A stretch of 64,000 bases of DNA from Fibrobacterales bacterium (GTDB taxonomy: Bacteria > Fibrobacterota > Fibrobacteria > Fibrobacterales > JAOPTW01): contig JAOPTX010000007.1 of assembly GCA_051532055.1 (NCBI GenBank), positions 128,001 to 192,000 on the forward strand. Reading direction: 5' to 3'. The notes beneath the pieces were generated by a model. It worked only from the letters and a program-made list of their open reading frames with translations. It did not search any database and was not told the DNA's origin. Position 1 is the first letter of the stretch. Each line of letters begins with the position of its first letter. This document shows positions 26,008-35,639 of the stretch, one piece after another. A program made the translations under genes and the position numbers.

Positions 26008-27519
26008 ATGACACGTCTAATTAGTTGCATCACTTTTTTTGTCCTCTTTTGTATTGCTTCATTACATGCAAAACCAGTGACACTCAAAATGTGGATCATG
26101 AATAATGGTTCTCGTGCAGTATGGCAGCTTCAACAGACAACTGATGCCTTTAAAAAACAAAACCCCCATATTAAGCTTGATATCCAATTAGTAAACTGGG
26201 GTGAAGCCTGGACAAAGCTTAAAATGCTATCACAAACCCATACTGGTCCCGATATTGTTCAAGTAGGCTCGACCTGGGTTCCACACTTTGCCGAAACTGA
26301 CCTCTTACTTAACTTGAAGCCTTACCTCTCTCATTTTGGCGGTAAAAGTAGCTTTTTCGCTTCTGCCTGGAACTCTTCATTTAGTGATAATCAACCTGAA
26401 ATGATTGCAGCGGTTCCCTGGTTTTTGGATAACAAAATTTTAATGCTCAACCAAGAGATGTTCAATGTTTTTGGTTTTACTAATCGAGATTTTAAAGACT
26501 GGAAGTCTACTAAAAATTCACTCATGCGGATTAAAGAAGCACAATTGACAACTCCAACAGGTGACCAAATTTGGCCCTTTGCCTTTCCTGGTTTTGGCAC
26601 TTATAATGTAGTACACAATCTCACTCCTTGGCTCTGGTCAAGCGGTGGTTCCTTTTTAAAAAAGGGTGGAGCCCATTGGCACAGTAACCTGAGTGATACA
26701 AACTCTATTGAAGCCATTAAATATTACATATCTCTGATGCGGGATAGTATTGTGAACGCAAGTGATCTCGACCAAAGTAACACCTATGTCGACAACCTTT
26801 TTGTGGAAGGAAAAGTATTTCTCTACCTTACCGGTACCGGCCAACTCGTCAGTGATGCACGGGGTGACAAGAGTCCCTACTCCTTCTCAACCACTTACCT
26901 CCCTACTCCACGGTCCACTCGAGGCACCAAACAACAATTTAGTTTTCTTGGAGGGAGCAATTTAGCAATCACCCGGTTTAGTAAACACAAAGAAGAAGCC
27001 ATATCCCTTATCACCTTTTTAATGAGAGACAAGATCAATGCTGAATATAGTACTGCAATTGGCGCTATAAGTAGTAAAAAACAGTTTAAACAGTACCTTC
27101 CCCATGTGGATTCTGCAGCGATTCACCTTCTTGAAACCAGTGTTACACAAGGTCGTTCATACCCTAATATTCCTCAATGGGGTGATTTAGTTCTCCCCAT
27201 TAAAGATGGACTCGTATCACTCTTCCTTCTTGCAGGAGGTGCCTATGGTGAATATGGAGATAAAGATATTTTAGAACAGACCCTTTCTATTGATCGAATA
27301 ATAAATAAGAGGCTCGGGCTATCCATTGAAACTCAAGACTCTCTCGCTACCGCCTACCAACAGACCTTTATTCAAAAACAGCGTAATCGCACTACTCCCT
27401 TTGCACAGACTTTTTCTCAAAAGCCACAAGAACGATGGTTTGAAGCCACACTTCTCATTATCTGCATATTACTTTTAGGGTCCATCGTTGCACTCAAACG
27501 AATTGGCCAAGACCGTTAA
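26008..27519 (+). CDS. Extracellular sugar-type solute-binding protein with C-terminal membrane anchor
   Basis: Signal peptide from the ATG at 26008 (track start 25945); F...NP.I.L......W, PDIVQVGSTWV, AVPWFLD, FLGGSNLAI; C-terminal hydrophobic helix WFEATLLIICILLLGSIVALKR. Confidence 0.82.
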   Translation: MTRLISCITFFVLFCIASLHAKPVTLKMWIMNNGSRAVWQLQQTTDAFKKQNPHIKLDIQLVNWGEAWTKLKMLSQTHTGPDIVQVGSTWVPHFAETDLLLNLKPYLSHFGGKSSFFASAWNSSFSDNQPEMIAAVPWFLDNKILMLNQEMFNVFGFTNRDFKDWKSTKNSLMRIKEAQLTTPTGDQIWPFAFPGFGTYNVVHNLTPWLWSSGGSFLKKGGAHWHSNLSDTNSIEAIKYYISLMRDSIVNASDLDQSNTYVDNLFVEGKVFLYLTGTGQLVSDARGDKSPYSFSTTYLPTPRSTRGTKQQFSFLGGSNLAITRFSKHKEEAISLITFLMRDKINAEYSTAIGAISSKKQFKQYLPHVDSAAIHLLETSVTQGRSYPNIPQWGDLVLPIKDGLVSLFLLAGGAYGEYGDKDILEQTLSIDRIINKRLGLSIETQDSLATAYQQTFIQKQRNRTTPFAQTFSQKPQERWFEATLLIICILLLGSIVALKRIGQDR

Positions 27520-27619
27520 CAAGGCTATCTTAAAAGCAGTGCTCATCACCATATAACTACTCTTTTTTATTGAGTACTCAGATTATCAAATGTATTCGCC
27601 CACGTTTATACTAGGACAT

Positions 27620-27652
27620 AAAAAAAGCCGATGTCGTAATGACATCGGCTTT
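27620..27652 (-). terminator. Intrinsic terminator of pyk
   Basis: AAAGCCGATGTC-gtaat-GACATCGGCTTT with a U7 tail on the minus strand. Confidence 0.9.
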
Positions 27653-27672
27653 AGAAGTTCTTCGAGAAGACC

Positions 27673-29082
27673 TTATTTTACACAGTTACCCGCAACATTA
27701 ATCTCCATGTTGTTAGTGTTTCCACCTGGAGCATTGAGAGTAGAAATGATCATTGTAATCAAGTCATCATTGGCAAGTTTACCATCTTTGATAAGAGCAG
27801 ATACTGCATTCTGTCTGATGCCACCTTCGCGAGTAATTGGGAAAGCCTCGACACCGTAAGAAAGTGCAAGAATTTTTTGACCTTTACCATCGATACACGC
27901 TGCATACACAGGAGCTTTTGAGCGGTAAGAAGCAACATCACGAGCAGTTTTACCTGTTGCAGTTGGAACAACAAGTGCTTTAACATCTAGGTTTTGAGCA
28001 GCTTTAACTGCTGCTTTACCAACATACCGTTTGATATCGATGTGTTTAACATCCATTGCAGCAGGGTTAAGCTCATCACGTGTAGACTCAACTTCTTTAG
28101 AGATACGAGTCATAAGAGAAACTGCTTCAACTGGATAATCACCATATGCTGTTTCACCAGAAAGCATGATTGCATCAGTACCATCAAGTACTGCATTTGC
28201 AACATCTGAGATCTCTGCACGAGTAGCACGTGGGTTTTTGATCATTGATTCAAGCATTTGCGTTGCAGTAATTACTGGCTTGCCCGCTTGGATACACTTG
28301 TTAATGATCATTTTTTGAATTTGTGGAACTTTTTCACCAGGAACTTCGATACCCATATCGCCACGAGCAACCATGATACCGTAAGACTCTTCGATGATCT
28401 CATCAATATTATCAACACCCTCTTGGTTTTCGATTTTAGAGATGATTTTTACATCTTTACCAGACTCATCGATGATCGCTTGAACATCTTTAACATCTTG
28501 TGCATGACGTACAAATGAGTGAGCGATAAAATCAAGGTCATGGTCACATGCAAATTTAATGAAGTTTTTATCTTTCTCAGTAAGAGAAGGAAGTTTGATA
28601 GCAACACCAGGAACATTTACTGATTTAAAACGTTTGAACTCACCATCATTCATGATAGTACATTCTAGTTTTTCATCAGTTTTTGAATCTACGCGAAGCT
28701 CAAGGTATCCATCATCAATAAGGATTTGAGTTCCAACTGGAACGTCTTTAGCAAAACTAGGATAGTTAACTTGTAACACTTCTTTAGTAGTTTTAACACC
28801 GTCTAAAGCTTTACATTCAACAGTTACTTTATCACCTGTTTTAACATCAATAGCATCATCTAATTCACCAGTACGTACTTCTGGTCCTTTAGTATCTACA
28901 AGGATTGCAATATTTCCGTCAACGGCATAAATATTTTCTAATACACTTACAGTAGTTTCAGGAAGTTGGTGAGCTGTATTAATACGAACAACATTCATTC
29001 CCGAAGCATAGAGCTCTGTGAGGAAAGGAACGTCACATTTTCTGTCTGAGATGGTACAAACTATCTTGGTCTTTTTTTGCAT
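27673..29082 (-). CDS. pyk: Pyruvate kinase
   Basis: KTKIVCTI, DTKGPEVRTG, KIENQEG, MVARGDMG, ATQMLESM, DAIMLSGETA.G.YP. Confidence 0.98.
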   Translation of the reverse strand: MQKKTKIVCTISDRKCDVPFLTELYASGMNVVRINTAHQLPETTVSVLENIYAVDGNIAILVDTKGPEVRTGELDDAIDVKTGDKVTVECKALDGVKTTKEVLQVNYPSFAKDVPVGTQILIDDGYLELRVDSKTDEKLECTIMNDGEFKRFKSVNVPGVAIKLPSLTEKDKNFIKFACDHDLDFIAHSFVRHAQDVKDVQAIIDESGKDVKIISKIENQEGVDNIDEIIEESYGIMVARGDMGIEVPGEKVPQIQKMIINKCIQAGKPVITATQMLESMIKNPRATRAEISDVANAVLDGTDAIMLSGETAYGDYPVEAVSLMTRISKEVESTRDELNPAAMDVKHIDIKRYVGKAAVKAAQNLDVKALVVPTATGKTARDVASYRSKAPVYAACIDGKGQKILALSYGVEAFPITREGGIRQNAVSALIKDGKLANDDLITMIISTLNAPGGNTNNMEINVAGNCVK

Positions 29083-29240
29083 ATCTATTTTCCAGTTTTG
29101 TTTTAATTTTCAGTTTGGGTCAAATGTAATATTTTTTGCCTTGAATTTAACGGGATTTGCATTATAATTTGCTACTTTGCTTTTAAAAAGCTGTTTCCCT
29201 TACTTCCCAAACCAAAGTTCTTCAAAGCCAGGCCCCATAT

Positions 29241-31598
29241 ATGACAAAAGCGTCGAATCTATCTGACAATTCAGACATTTTAGTTGAAATTCCTCAAAAA
29301 CTCCCCGTAATACCCATCAGGGATTCAGTCATCTATCCAGGGTCGATTCACCCTCTTCTTCTTGGAAGAGAGGCCTCTATTCAAGCTGCAGACTATGCGC
29401 AAAATCGCTCAGAAGGGCTTATTTTTCTTGCACTCCAGCATGAACCTGAAATTGATGAAGTGGTTCCTGATCAACTCCATCGCACTGGTGTTATAGCACG
29501 GATCACCTCACAGGTAACCCTGCCCAATAATTTGAGTAAAGTACTGGTTGAAGGCTTGGTTATTGCCCGAGTTGACGATTGGTTTGCGGGAGCCCCGCTC
29601 ATGATGGCTCAAGTAACACCACATGTTCTTAAAGCCCCTCGAAAAAAGGCTTTTGCCACCATTATGAGAGATATTGCTTCTAAATTCAAGCAATATGCTC
29701 AAACAACACCTGATGTACCTAACGAAATACTTCAAACATTTGATGCACCAGAACTCCCCCCTGAGATCCTCTTTACCATTGCCCCCTTTGTTAAAGCTGA
29801 ACTCGGATTAAAGCAGCTTCTCCTTGAACAACCGGGTTTTGAACAATTTGCAGCGCTGATAGGCGAAATTATCGATTCAAGTCGCTCCGTCCTCCTCCTC
29901 AATAGAAAAATTGAACGGGAAGTACGTGACCGCATTCAACAATCTCAAAAAGAGTACGTTCTCAACGAGCAGCTGCGACTTATCCATGAAGAACTGGGCC
30001 ACATGCCCGAACAGAATAGCAATCCTGAGTTTCAACTCCTCCTTAAGCAACTCAAAGAGAAGGAGCTTTCGGAAGAAGTATATGAGAAAGTCTACGATGA
30101 ACTGAAGCGACTAGCTCTTCTCCCCCAGTCTTCACCAGAGTATTCTGTAGTACGCAATTACATTGATTGGTTTCTATCCCTTCCTTTTGGGGTCGTTACA
30201 GAAGACAACCTCAGTCTCCCTTCGGTTAAACGTCATCTAAATAAAGAACACTACGGTCTCTCTTCTATAAAAGAGCGTGTTCTTGAGCATGTTGCAGTAC
30301 TCAAACTTACCGAAGAGAAGTACACCCCAATACTTTGCCTTGTAGGACCCCCTGGTGTAGGCAAGACAACCCTTGGACGTTCAATTGCCCATGCATTAGG
30401 GCGTGAGTTTATTCGTATCTCTATGGGCGGTATTCGCGACGAAGCAGAAGTACGTGGTCACCGCAGAACTTATGTTGGGGCTATGCCGGGTAAAATCATT
30501 CAAGGTATTAAACGCGCCAAGGTCATGAACCCAGTGATCCTCCTCGATGAAATTGATAAGATGGCAAGTGACTTTAGAGGTGACCCTGCTAGTGCACTCC
30601 TCGAACTGCTTGACCCAGAGCAGAACAAAGATTTTACAGATAACTTTCTTGAAATTGGTATTGACCTGAGCAAAGCGCTCTTTATCACCACTGCCAATAT
30701 TGAGATGAGCATCCCTGAACCCCTTCGGGATCGGCTTGAAATATTACGACTCGCAGGCTATCACAGCCATGAGAAACTTGCCATTGCCCAAAAGCATTTG
30801 ATCCCCAAACGTCGATTATCAAATGGCCTTACAGAAGAACAGCTCACCCTTAAAGATGATGCTGTTTACCGAATCATTCACGACTATACCCGTGAAGCCG
30901 GTGTTCGTGGACTTGAAAAAGAAATTGATAAGGTTATGCGTAAAAGGGCTGTTGAAGTGGTCTCTAAAAAACGCACCTCCAATAGTGTCAATGACAAGAA
31001 ACTCCAACAATACCTCGGAGTCCCTCGCTTTAGCAGGTCTCAGCTCGTTAAAAAAGGTGAACCGGGACTTGTGACAGGGCTTGCATGGACCTCTGTTGGT
31101 GGTGAGATATTACAAATTGAGTGCGCGCTCATGGCAGGCAAAGGCAAACTGAGCCTTACAGGAACCCTCGGTGATGTGATGAAAGAGTCAGCACAAATTG
31201 CCCTAACCCTTACTAAAAAACGCGTAGAAAGCTTTGGTATTGACCCTAAAATATTCAATGAAACCGATATTCATATACACCTTCCCGAAGGCGCAATCCC
31301 AAAAGATGGTCCTTCTGCAGGTATTGGTCTCACACTGTCACTCCTCTCTGCCTTTACCAAAAAGACTATCGATCCAACAATTGCCTTTACGGGCGAAGTT
31401 TCGCTCAGTGGTAAAGTACATGCCATTGGTGGGCTTCCTGAAAAGTCAATTGCAGCCCTCGAAGCAGGCGTCAAAACTATCATGCTCCCCAAAGAGAATG
31501 ATAAAGATGTCACTGAGCTCCCAGCACAGGTTAAGAAGGGTGTGAAGATTCAAAAGTTTAATACCATTGATGAAATAATTAAGAAGCTGTTTAAGTAA
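29241..31598 (+). CDS. lon: ATP-dependent Lon protease
   Basis: Lon N-domain, GPPGVGKT, GHRRTYVGAMPG, LLDEIDK, PKDGPSAG catalytic Ser, GGLPEK catalytic Lys. Confidence 0.98.
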   Translation: MTKASNLSDNSDILVEIPQKLPVIPIRDSVIYPGSIHPLLLGREASIQAADYAQNRSEGLIFLALQHEPEIDEVVPDQLHRTGVIARITSQVTLPNNLSKVLVEGLVIARVDDWFAGAPLMMAQVTPHVLKAPRKKAFATIMRDIASKFKQYAQTTPDVPNEILQTFDAPELPPEILFTIAPFVKAELGLKQLLLEQPGFEQFAALIGEIIDSSRSVLLLNRKIEREVRDRIQQSQKEYVLNEQLRLIHEELGHMPEQNSNPEFQLLLKQLKEKELSEEVYEKVYDELKRLALLPQSSPEYSVVRNYIDWFLSLPFGVVTEDNLSLPSVKRHLNKEHYGLSSIKERVLEHVAVLKLTEEKYTPILCLVGPPGVGKTTLGRSIAHALGREFIRISMGGIRDEAEVRGHRRTYVGAMPGKIIQGIKRAKVMNPVILLDEIDKMASDFRGDPASALLELLDPEQNKDFTDNFLEIGIDLSKALFITTANIEMSIPEPLRDRLEILRLAGYHSHEKLAIAQKHLIPKRRLSNGLTEEQLTLKDDAVYRIIHDYTREAGVRGLEKEIDKVMRKRAVEVVSKKRTSNSVNDKKLQQYLGVPRFSRSQLVKKGEPGLVTGLAWTSVGGEILQIECALMAGKGKLSLTGTLGDVMKESAQIALTLTKKRVESFGIDPKIFNETDIHIHLPEGAIPKDGPSAGIGLTLSLLSAFTKKTIDPTIAFTGEVSLSGKVHAIGGLPEKSIAALEAGVKTIMLPKENDKDVTELPAQVKKGVKIQKFNTIDEIIKKLFK

Positions 31599-31604
31599 AT
31601 AGAC

Positions 31605-31772
31605 TTACGTGAGCGGATGTCTATTCCGCCACGACTCAGCATAGTGCTTAATCCATATCTCTGCAGCAATGTTTTGGTTGATCTCTAGACCTACGACATC
31701 TTCAAGGTGATGACAGAATTTGAGTATCTCTTGGATTTGGTCATCGTTGTCTGATGGATATTTTGAGCTCAT
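31605..31772 (-). CDS. Small hypothetical protein (55 aa)
   Basis: Absent from the ORF track. Strong RBS (AGGAGTGGAGG); MSSKYPSDNDDQIQEILKFCHHLEDVVGLEINQNIAAEIWIKHYAESWRNRHPLT*. Confidence 0.7.
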   Translation of the reverse strand: MSSKYPSDNDDQIQEILKFCHHLEDVVGLEINQNIAAEIWIKHYAESWRNRHPLT

Positions 31773-32102
31773 ACTTCCTCCACTCCTACTATATAGATCG
31801 TCATTAACCCCCCAAAGTATTACCCTTTAGTCTCATTTAATGGGCAAACCTTTCATTTTGTAGTTTATTTAGCAAATACAGTAATAACTAAGCAAACTAA
31901 CGCCCTCATAAAAATTTCACCTTTTGAGTATCGCTTTTTGCCCTTTAAATCACATCAAGTAATTCGACAAAACAAAGGCCTCCCATAGGGGGGCCAAGCT
32001 ATCTTAATTTTCAATTGTTGGCGTATTCAGACGAGGTTTGACAATTGAAGACGTACTTTTGTATGTCGATTGAGTTATAACGAAATATGAAGTGATTAAA
32101 AT

Positions 32103-32735
32103 CTACAAATTCTCGGTGATGAAGGTGTCGATCGACGATCTAAGCCAATCAAAAGAGTCACTGTTATAGGTAATAAACAGGCTCCCTGAAACCGTATCAT
32201 TATCCAGTGAAAACTGTGCCTCTGCAATGATTACTTCAGCATCCTCAGGAAAGACTTCATCAGTAAAGCCATCAACTTTATCAAGTAAAATATGAGGTGC
32301 TGAGAAAGTATTCTCTTCTTTGAAAATTCCTGAAATTTTATTGATACATGAATTAATAAGGAGCGAACTTACCTGGGCAAAAACCATGGTACGCTCTTCA
32401 TCACTCAATTCCTCAGCTGAGCGCTTCTCTTCATCAAATCCCATAATATTAAGCATTTCTGCAACAAGCTCTGAAGGAATTGCCAAATAAGCTGTTCCAT
32501 TCCAATTACCCCAAAATCCCTGCTCTACAATAGAGACTTCTTGATTTGAGGAAACATTTTTATTCGCAAAATCTGTGATTTCATCGCCAGTCCCCATGAA
32601 AACTTTCGGAACGGAAATGGTAATAAAAGAGTTTAATGCATCTGCTAGTTCTGCACAAGCCGCACCAAAACCCATATTCATAATCTCTATGAGTATTTCG
32701 GTATCATCTTTATTAAATTGACTTGCATCAGACAT
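32103..32735 (-). CDS. CheC-like phosphatase family protein
   Basis: EIMNMGFGAACAELADAL..FI.ISVPKV CheC motif; overlaps the upstream response regulator. Confidence 0.8.
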   Translation of the reverse strand: MSDASQFNKDDTEILIEIMNMGFGAACAELADALNSFITISVPKVFMGTGDEITDFANKNVSSNQEVSIVEQGFWGNWNGTAYLAIPSELVAEMLNIMGFDEEKRSAEELSDEERTMVFAQVSSLLINSCINKISGIFKEENTFSAPHILLDKVDGFTDEVFPEDAEVIIAEAQFSLDNDTVSGSLFITYNSDSFDWLRSSIDTFITENL

Positions 32736-33099
32736 TATCTTCTATCCAGCTCAGTAATTGTACCATACTATCTTCAGAGGGTGGTTTATCTTGTACTTTA
32801 AGTGCACCGAGAGCAAGCACTCTCTCTTTAGCCTCTTTTTGTGCATCTGCGCTATTAATGACCACTTTTGCGTTTTCATCAAATTTCATAAGTACTTCAA
32901 GACACTGAAATCCATCCATTTCGGGCATGGTTAAATCAAGAAAGACGAGATCTGGTTTATCTTTCTGATACAATTCCAAGCCATCTTTTGCACTACCTGC
33001 TTCGATAAACTCATATTCATCCTTATTAGGAATAACCCGCATAAGCATTTTTCGGGCTACCGGAGAGTCATCAATTACAAGAATTTTCTTAATATCCAT
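32728..33099 (-). CDS. Single-domain CheY-like response regulator
   Basis: LVIDDS, VFLDLTMP, SAD, DKP. Confidence 0.92.
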   Translation of the reverse strand: MDIKKILVIDDSPVARKMLMRVIPNKDEYEFIEAGSAKDGLELYQKDKPDLVFLDLTMPEMDGFQCLEVLMKFDENAKVVINSADAQKEAKERVLALGALKVQDKPPSEDSMVQLLSWIEDNV

Positions 33100-33214
33100 T
33101 ATTAACCAGAAATTAAAAGTAACGTTAGTTCATAGTACCACGATAATTTTCCAATTTCAAGAATTATTCTATCTTTTCTTTAAAATGCTCAAATCACTCC
33201 AAAGGGGGAATTTC

Positions 33215-33913
33215 ATGAGAAATGAGGACTTTTTAGCTAAAAATTTCGCAGAAATTGATGCACGTATCACTCAAGCTGCTCAAAAAGCTAATCGATCTCC
33301 AAGTGAGATCACCCTTATCTGGGTATCGAAGCGAAAAGAGGCTGCTATGGTTCAAGCTGCAGCTCAAGCTGGGGCCATACATTTTGGAGAAAACCGCATT
33401 CAAGAAGCCATTGACAAATTTACAACACCACCTGAAGGGACGCTACTCCATATTATCGGTCCTGTTCAAAAGAATAAAATGAGAAAAGCCGTCGCTGTTG
33501 GAGACTGGATACACACATTATCCTCTCTCGAAGACCTCGATCGTCTTAATAGAATATGTATTGAAGAACAAAAAACCATCAATGTCTTAATACAGGTTAA
33601 TACATCTGAGGAAGAGAGCAAAAGTGGTGTACCGCACCAGAAGGCTGAAAGCTTTTTAAATTCTCTCCCCATTCACTCTAATTTGTTATATTGTGGACTA
33701 ATGACCATTGGCAAAAACAGTGGAATTCCCGAAGATAGTCGTTCAGAATTCAAGTTTTTGCGAACACTGCGAGACACATTTAACAATCGCGATGAGCGAT
33801 TCAGATTCTTCACAGAACTCTCTATGGGTATGACTAATGATATGCATATTGCCATTGAAGAGGGAGCGACAATGATTCGGATCGGAACAGCACTATTTGG
33901 TGCACGAGACTAA
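33215..33913 (+). CDS. yggS: PLP homeostasis protein YggS/PROSC
   Basis: VSK, FGENRIQE, HIIGPVQKNK, GLMTI, LSMGMTND...AIEEGATMIRIGTALFG. Start at 33215 has an AAGGGGG RBS. Confidence 0.95.
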   Translation: MRNEDFLAKNFAEIDARITQAAQKANRSPSEITLIWVSKRKEAAMVQAAAQAGAIHFGENRIQEAIDKFTTPPEGTLLHIIGPVQKNKMRKAVAVGDWIHTLSSLEDLDRLNRICIEEQKTINVLIQVNTSEEESKSGVPHQKAESFLNSLPIHSNLLYCGLMTIGKNSGIPEDSRSEFKFLRTLRDTFNNRDERFRFFTELSMGMTNDMHIAIEEGATMIRIGTALFGARD

Positions 33914-33922
33914 AGGACCCTT

Positions 33923-34177
33923 ATGATTACATGGATATTAGTAAATGGCATACAACTCCTTTCAATTGGATTTTTTGCTCTTGGATTTGTTAACCTTATT
34001 CCTTCACTTAAAAATTCAAGTCTTGTTCATAAAACTGAACCCTATACTGAACCACTTCTCAAAGCAGTGCGCAGTTATATGCCCGAAGGAAGTTTTGACT
34101 TTTCTTACTGGGTTGTATCGGGAGTACTCATGCTCCTCTCATTTGTTGTAAGTTTTGCTTTTGGCATTCTGTTTTAA
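33923..34177 (+). CDS. yggT: YggT-family membrane protein
   Basis: TEPLLKAVR..MP...FDFS motif, two TM segments, position between yggS and divIVA. Confidence 0.75.
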   Translation: MITWILVNGIQLLSIGFFALGFVNLIPSLKNSSLVHKTEPYTEPLLKAVRSYMPEGSFDFSYWVVSGVLMLLSFVVSFAFGILF

Positions 34178-34188
34178 TAGGAGCTCCC

Positions 34189-34695
34189 ATGGAAATTACC
34201 CCACTCGACATTCGAAACCAAGCTTTTAAAAAGAAAAAAATCGGTGGCTATGACCCAGAAGAAGTTGACTCATTTTTGACTCAAATCGCAAGTGATTTGG
34301 AAATCAGAAACAAAGAGTACAATCAATTCAAAGAAAAACTTAAACTTGCCGATGATAGAGTCCGCCAGTTTCAACAGATCGAAGCAACCCTTCAAGACTC
34401 TGTTGTTACTATGCAGAAAAATATCGATGAGACCCGCCGTAATGCCCATAAAGAAGCAGAGCTTATTATTGGTGAAGCAAAAGCGAGAGCTGAGAAAGAT
34501 ACAGCTACTATACGAAAAGAAGCCGATGATCTCAGAGAAGAAATTTCAATTTTAAAAACTCAGCGCAAGCATCTGTTTATTAGAATGCACAATGTTATCA
34601 ACTCTCAAAGAGAACTTCTTGAAGCACTCGAGCGTGAAGATAACTTTGTCGAAGAGATTGACCCCGGTGTAATCACCAGTGAAAATTTCCGTTAA
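34189..34695 (+). CDS. divIVA: DivIVA domain protein
   Basis: ITPLDIRNQAF.K...GYDPEEVDSFL followed by a coiled coil. Confidence 0.9.
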   Translation: MEITPLDIRNQAFKKKKIGGYDPEEVDSFLTQIASDLEIRNKEYNQFKEKLKLADDRVRQFQQIEATLQDSVVTMQKNIDETRRNAHKEAELIIGEAKARAEKDTATIRKEADDLREEISILKTQRKHLFIRMHNVINSQRELLEALEREDNFVEEIDPGVITSENFR

Positions 34696-34903
34696 AGCAC
34701 AAACTAAATCAAAAAGAAATGAGGTTGTGGGCCCCGATGAGTCAGGGCTCTACACCGTTCATGTCAACACCCCACCAGTAGACGGCAAAGCAAATACTGC
34801 TCTATGCGCGCTTCTTGCCAAACACTTCAAGGTTTCAAAAAGTTCTGTTTCGGTACTCAAAGGCCTGACATCAAAACAAAAAATAATAGAGATAGAGATT
34901 TAA
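34679..34903 (+). CDS. DUF167 (YggU-like) protein
   Basis: GTG start; PPVDGKANTAL..LLAKHF.V.KS.V....G.TSK.K. Confidence 0.9.
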   Translation: MKISVKAQTKSKRNEVVGPDESGLYTVHVNTPPVDGKANTALCALLAKHFKVSKSSVSVLKGLTSKQKIIEIEI

Positions 34904-34906
34904 ATC

Positions 34907-35581
34907 ATGCATACCTTTTTTATACTGATCCTCCTTAGTGTCATTTCACTCAATGCCTTTACTCGGAATATCAAGCCTGGTGGCCTCTCCTACTCTGCAT
35001 CACTGAACGTTGGGTGGCAAGATAGCGAGATACACTTTAATGGCACTGACTCCATTGACTTTTACTCCCACAATCCAGAGACTACAACTGACTCTCTCAC
35101 AGGGCGTGCACCTACCCTCAACTTTTATTCTGGCCCAATCTACAATTTGCGCCTCGCAGCCCACATAGGAGCTCAAGAGCTTAAAATATCTCTTGCCTTG
35201 ATAGATCATACTCTTTCATACCCCAAACAGAATGTGACATCACTTTTTTATCGACTGACTTTTGCCTATCAATACACCTTTTTACAAGACTGGATAGTAT
35301 CCCCCTTTATTTCCCCAGGTATAGGGTTTCATAGAATTACTGTAGACAAAGGCTTTCATGATGTAATGGGTGAAAAAAGAAACTTCACCCTTACTGGAAA
35401 ACATTATCAAATTGAAACCGGTATAGAGTATCCCCTCTTTATCCATCTAAGCCTCACAAGTAGTGCCTTGTACCGCTGGACAAACTATCAAAACTTTGGA
35501 GTTGGAACAAAGACCAGTTATGAACTCAATATATGGGGTCGAGAATTAAGTGGCATGATTGGGGTCAAAATTCACTTCTAA
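34907..35581 (+). CDS. Outer-membrane beta-barrel protein
   Basis: Signal peptide, amphipathic strands (SPFISPGIGF), terminal GVKIHF. Confidence 0.7.
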   Translation: MHTFFILILLSVISLNAFTRNIKPGGLSYSASLNVGWQDSEIHFNGTDSIDFYSHNPETTTDSLTGRAPTLNFYSGPIYNLRLAAHIGAQELKISLALIDHTLSYPKQNVTSLFYRLTFAYQYTFLQDWIVSPFISPGIGFHRITVDKGFHDVMGEKRNFTLTGKHYQIETGIEYPLFIHLSLTSSALYRWTNYQNFGVGTKTSYELNIWGRELSGMIGVKIHF

Positions 35582-35639
35582 TCTATCTAAAGCTGATGCA
35601 AAGGGAGTAGTATCACTTACTCCTCCCTATAGATAATAA

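Noticed and set aside
31842..31870. c-di-GMP-I riboswitch suggested by GGGCAAACC
   Set aside because: The GNRA-capped P2 stem and the downstream GACGCAAAG element are missing.
33215..34903. divIVA in a diderm as a novelty
   Set aside because: The yggS-yggT-divIVA-DUF167 cluster is already known from several diderm phyla.
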